From the sequence record OQ992558.1: DNA of 64,000 nucleotides; one strand, given 5' to 3'. The stretch is from Escherichia phage L14. The translations under genes and the position numbers were made by a program. The notes under the pieces were generated by a model, which had not been told where the DNA came from, did not search any database, and saw only the letters and a program-made list of their open reading frames with translations. Shown one piece after another: positions 63,588 to 64,000 of this stretch (positions are counted from its first letter, which is position 1; the number at the start of each line of letters is the position of its first letter).

Positions 63588-63944
63588 TTAACCTCTATTC
63601 ATAAAAGCATTAAAAATTTGGTCATCAATCGATGGAATAGTAACTTTTTCTGCATCATTTAGCAAATCATTAATTTCATCAGATAGCATAACGCATGTAC
63701 CTTTATTTCCTGTAATTGCTACTGCACAATTACGAACGTTTTCTTTATCAAATTTTAGGTTAATATTTTCGTAGTGAAAATCCTTTAATGCCGAATATAT
63801 TTTTAAAATGAAATTGTCTTTTACTACAATAAACCCAACCTCACTATTAAAACGTGGTTCATGGAAACTGTAATAAACCTTTTCATCTATAAAATCGTAT
63901 GAAATTTTTTCCATTTTTAAATATGAAAATTCAGAACTATACAT
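63588..63944 (-). CDS. hypothetical protein (118 aa)
   Basis: coding-strand ORF with GAGG RBS. Confidence 0.5.
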   Translation of the reverse strand: MYSSEFSYLKMEKISYDFIDEKVYYSFHEPRFNSEVGFIVVKDNFILKIYSALKDFHYENINLKFDKENVRNCAVAITGNKGTCVMLSDEINDLLNDAEKVTIPSIDDQIFNAFMNRG

Positions 63945-64000
63945 ACTAACCTCTAATTATTCACCTACCACTTCAGCGATGATATTTTTATTATTAAAGT

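Overview
This 64-kb window reads as a contiguous segment of a T-even (T4-like, Tequatrovirus-type) coliphage genome, running from the alt region to primase gene 61. Almost all early/middle genes are on the minus strand: alt, DNA ligase 30, the 30.x block, rIII, 31, cd, pseT, two spanins, alc, rnlA (63), denA, nrdB, nrdA, td with a group I intron, frd, 32, 59, 33, dsbA, rnh, then asiA, arn, motA, 52, ac, stp, ndd, denB, rIIB, rIIA, 39, dexA, dda, srd, modA, modB, soc, 56 and 61. The late long-tail-fibre module 34-35-36-37-38 and holin t sit on the plus strand (26.9-37.1 kb). Gene calls rest on my recognition of the translated ORFs and conserved motifs from memory of T4 proteins, plus RBS and promoter/terminator context; no database search was possible. 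Some starts were moved to internal ATGs because the ORF track's first codon is sometimes a TTG/GTG extension, and coordinates of non-ORF elements may be off by a few nt. I did not find a clearly novel multi-gene system. What stands out is how this phage differs from T4 as I remember it: an ORF-less td intron, intronless nrdB with no homing-endonuclease genes at the usual loci, an extra ORF between frd and td, tandem alt paralogs, a continuous gene 39, a T2-type gp37/gp38 adhesin arrangement, and a collapsed 61-56 interval that lacks the dmd/dam block. Several uncharacterised ORF blocks and a 200-nt non-coding island are also flagged.
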